From Thermoplasmata archaeon (GTDB lineage Archaea; Thermoplasmatota; Thermoplasmata; Lutacidiplasmatales; UBA184): a DNA stretch of 64,000 nt. Made by a program: the position numbers and the translations under genes. Positions within the stretch are counted from its first letter, which is position 1. Each line of letters begins with the position of its first letter. The notes under the pieces are model-generated. The model was not told the DNA's origin. It ran no database searches and saw only the letters and a program-made list of their open reading frames with translations. The DNA lies in NCBI GenBank assembly GCA_035502455.1, contig DATJUI010000015.1, forward strand, positions 50,249 through 114,248, read 5' to 3'. Shown piece after piece: positions 62,627 through 64,000 of the stretch.

Positions 62627-64000
62627 CTACTTCCCCTCGAACTTCGGCGGCCGCCGCTCGAGGAAGGCGCGCATCCCCTCGGTCCGGTCCGACGTCCCGA
62701 ACGTCTGGCCCGCCGAGACCCCTTCCAGGTGGAGCGCACCGGCGAGCGACGCGTCGATCCCCTGGTCGATCACCTTCTTCACCCAGCGGACCCCGAGCGG
62801 CGCCCGGCTCGCGATCGTCGTCGCGAGCGCCCGGGTCTCCGCGCGGGCCGTCGCGGCGGGGTAGACCTTCACCACGAACCCCATCCGGTACGCCTCCTCG
62901 GCGGAGACCGGCACGCCCGTGTACGTCAGCAGCTTCGTGCGGGCGCGGCCGATGATCCGGCCGAGCCGGGTCGCGCCGCCCATCCCGGGATGGATGCCGA
63001 CCGTGACCTCGGGGAGGCCGAGCTGCGCGCCCTCGGCCGCGACGATGAAGTCCGCCGCGAGGGCGAGCTCGAGGCCGCCGCCGAGCGCGTACCCCTCGAC
63101 GAGCGCGATCACCGGCGCGGGGAACCGCTCGACCCGCTCGGCGACCCGCTGGCCGACGAAGCCGAAGTCGATCCCCTCGGCGAGCGTCTTGCGCTCCATC
63201 TCGGCGATGTCGGCGCCGGCCGCGAACACCGGCGACGAGCCGGCGAGGACCACGACCCGCACGCCGTGGTCGTGCTCGAGCGAGCGGAACGCGGCGTCGA
63301 TCTGCTCGAGGAGCTCGCTGTTGAGCGAGTTCAGCACCTCGGGTCGATCGAGCAGGACCCAGGCGATCGGTCCGTCGCGCTCGACCCGCACGAGGCGCAG
63401 CGGCCAGCTCCGCTCCCCCCGGGCGGCCCGCTCGCGCAACGACTGGGAGACGGGGAAGTTGCCCGGCCACCGGTGCGCGTACGCCTCGACGAGGGCCAAT
63501 CCCTCGGGAACGCCGATCTGGGAGAGCTGGGCGAACGGACCGACGGACCGTCGCAGCCCGACGACCGCCCCCCGATCGACCGCTTCCGGCGTCGCCACGC
63601 CCTCCTCGACGAGGCGGGTCGCGATGCCCAGCGTCAGCCCGAGCAGCCGGTCCCGGACGGCCGCCTTCTGGGCCGGGTCGACCTCGGTCGTCCGCCACGG
63701 CCACGGCTGCCCGGCCCGGAACTGCTGCTCGAGGAGCCGGGCGGGGGCGTAGGCCGGGCCGAACGACCGGTAGAGCGAGCTCTCGGCGTGGAAGGCGATC
63801 GGGATGCCGGTGACGTTCATCAGCTCGAACGGCCCGAGCGAGGCGCCGAACGTCTCCCGCCCGACCTCCTCGATCGTCGCGAGGCTGGCGACCCCCTCCT
63901 CCGCGAGCCGGGCCGCCTCGTTGAGGTACGGCACGAAGTAGCGGTTGACGCAGAACCCGGCGGCATCGAGCGTCCGGATCGGGATCTTGCGGAGCAGGAA
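62627..64000 (-). CDS. 3-hydroxyacyl-CoA dehydrogenase / enoyl-CoA hydratase fusion protein; its N-terminal part lies past the window end
   Basis: The window-proximal part carries the 3HCDH C-terminal domain (GFCVNRYFVPYLNEAARLAEEG, the in-frame translation continues past 63934 to the window end) followed by the crotonase fold (VVLAGSSPVFAAGADI, ALVEGYALGGGLELALAAD). Confidence 0.8.
   Translation of the reverse strand, partial: FLLRKIPIRTLDAAGFCVNRYFVPYLNEAARLAEEGVASLATIEEVGRETFGASLGPFELMNVTGIPIAFHAESSLYRSFGPAYAPARLLEQQFRAGQPWPWRTTEVDPAQKAAVRDRLLGLTLGIATRLVEEGVATPEAVDRGAVVGLRRSVGPFAQLSQIGVPEGLALVEAYAHRWPGNFPVSQSLRERAARGERSWPLRLVRVERDGPIAWVLLDRPEVLNSLNSELLEQIDAAFRSLEHDHGVRVVVLAGSSPVFAAGADIAEMERKTLAEGIDFGFVGQRVAERVERFPAPVIALVEGYALGGGLELALAADFIVAAEGAQLGLPEVTVGIHPGMGGATRLGRIIGRARTKLLTYTGVPVSAEEAYRMGFVVKVYPAATARAETRALATTIASRAPLGVRWVKKVIDQGIDASLAGALHLEGVSAGQTFGTSDRTEGMRAFLERRPPKFEGK

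Noticed and set aside
1-64000. Searched by eye for CRISPR arrays, rRNA genes, IS-element terminal inverted repeats, integrase/transposase genes and inteins in RFC/aRF1.
   Set aside because: No regularly spaced direct repeats, no rRNA-like conserved stretches and no integrase or transposase ORFs were seen. rfcS and aRF1 are uninterrupted, and the tRNA-adjacent islet lacks a recognisable att repeat.

Overview
The window is a GC-rich (roughly 68-70%) archaeal chromosomal segment. Hallmark archaeal genes are ribosomal protein S17e, aRF1, Sec61-beta, RFC small subunit, Taw1 (radical-SAM wyosine synthase), archaeosine tRNA-guanine transglycosylase, Kae1, geranylgeranyl reductase and MoaB/MoaC. About 65 protein genes and one tRNA-Arg(CCU) are densely packed, with many GTG starts and 4-nt ATGA/GTGA overlaps. 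Many genes have a TATA-like box 22-35 nt upstream of the start codon, which suggests largely leaderless transcripts. The GC bias produces long spurious ORFs on the opposite strand and in alternative frames throughout the six-frame track; I called genes only where the protein sequence shows recognisable family signatures or clear membrane or secreted character.

The housekeeping blocks are:
- a tRNA-modification cluster: Trm-G10-like methyltransferase, Taw1, arcTGT and Kae1;
- a sulfur amino-acid module: CBS, cystathionine gamma-synthase/lyase, cysS and an MDR dehydrogenase, followed by SAH hydrolase and GcvH;
- molybdenum-cofactor genes moaB-moaC next to rfcS;
- two ABC-2 exporter pairs, one of them under a PadR repressor.

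The candidate for an undescribed system is a tight three-gene operon at 654-6332: a vWA/MIDAS protein, a divergent Ras-like small GTPase (G1 GIPASGKT, G3 DEAG, G4 SKSD, G5 SAV) and a ~1000-aa protein with a globular N-terminus and a ~450-aa coiled coil.

Other accessory content:
- a five-gene MoxR / DUF58 / membrane-protein / DUF4129-like operon with 4-nt overlaps;
- a bactofilin-like beta-helical repeat protein paired with a winged-helix protein;
- a BlaI/BlaR1-like pair;
- four heavily N-glycosylation-sequon-rich surface proteins, including a 1253-aa one with a cytoplasmic double zinc-ribbon tail;
- a slightly lower-GC islet (about 26.1-29.46 kb) next to tRNA-Arg carrying a methyltransferase, a GNAT, a DinB-family protein and a degraded ParE/RelE-like remnant;
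- two paralogous ~75-aa proteins of unknown family, one immediately upstream of kae1.

No CRISPR array, rRNA or intact transposase was seen.
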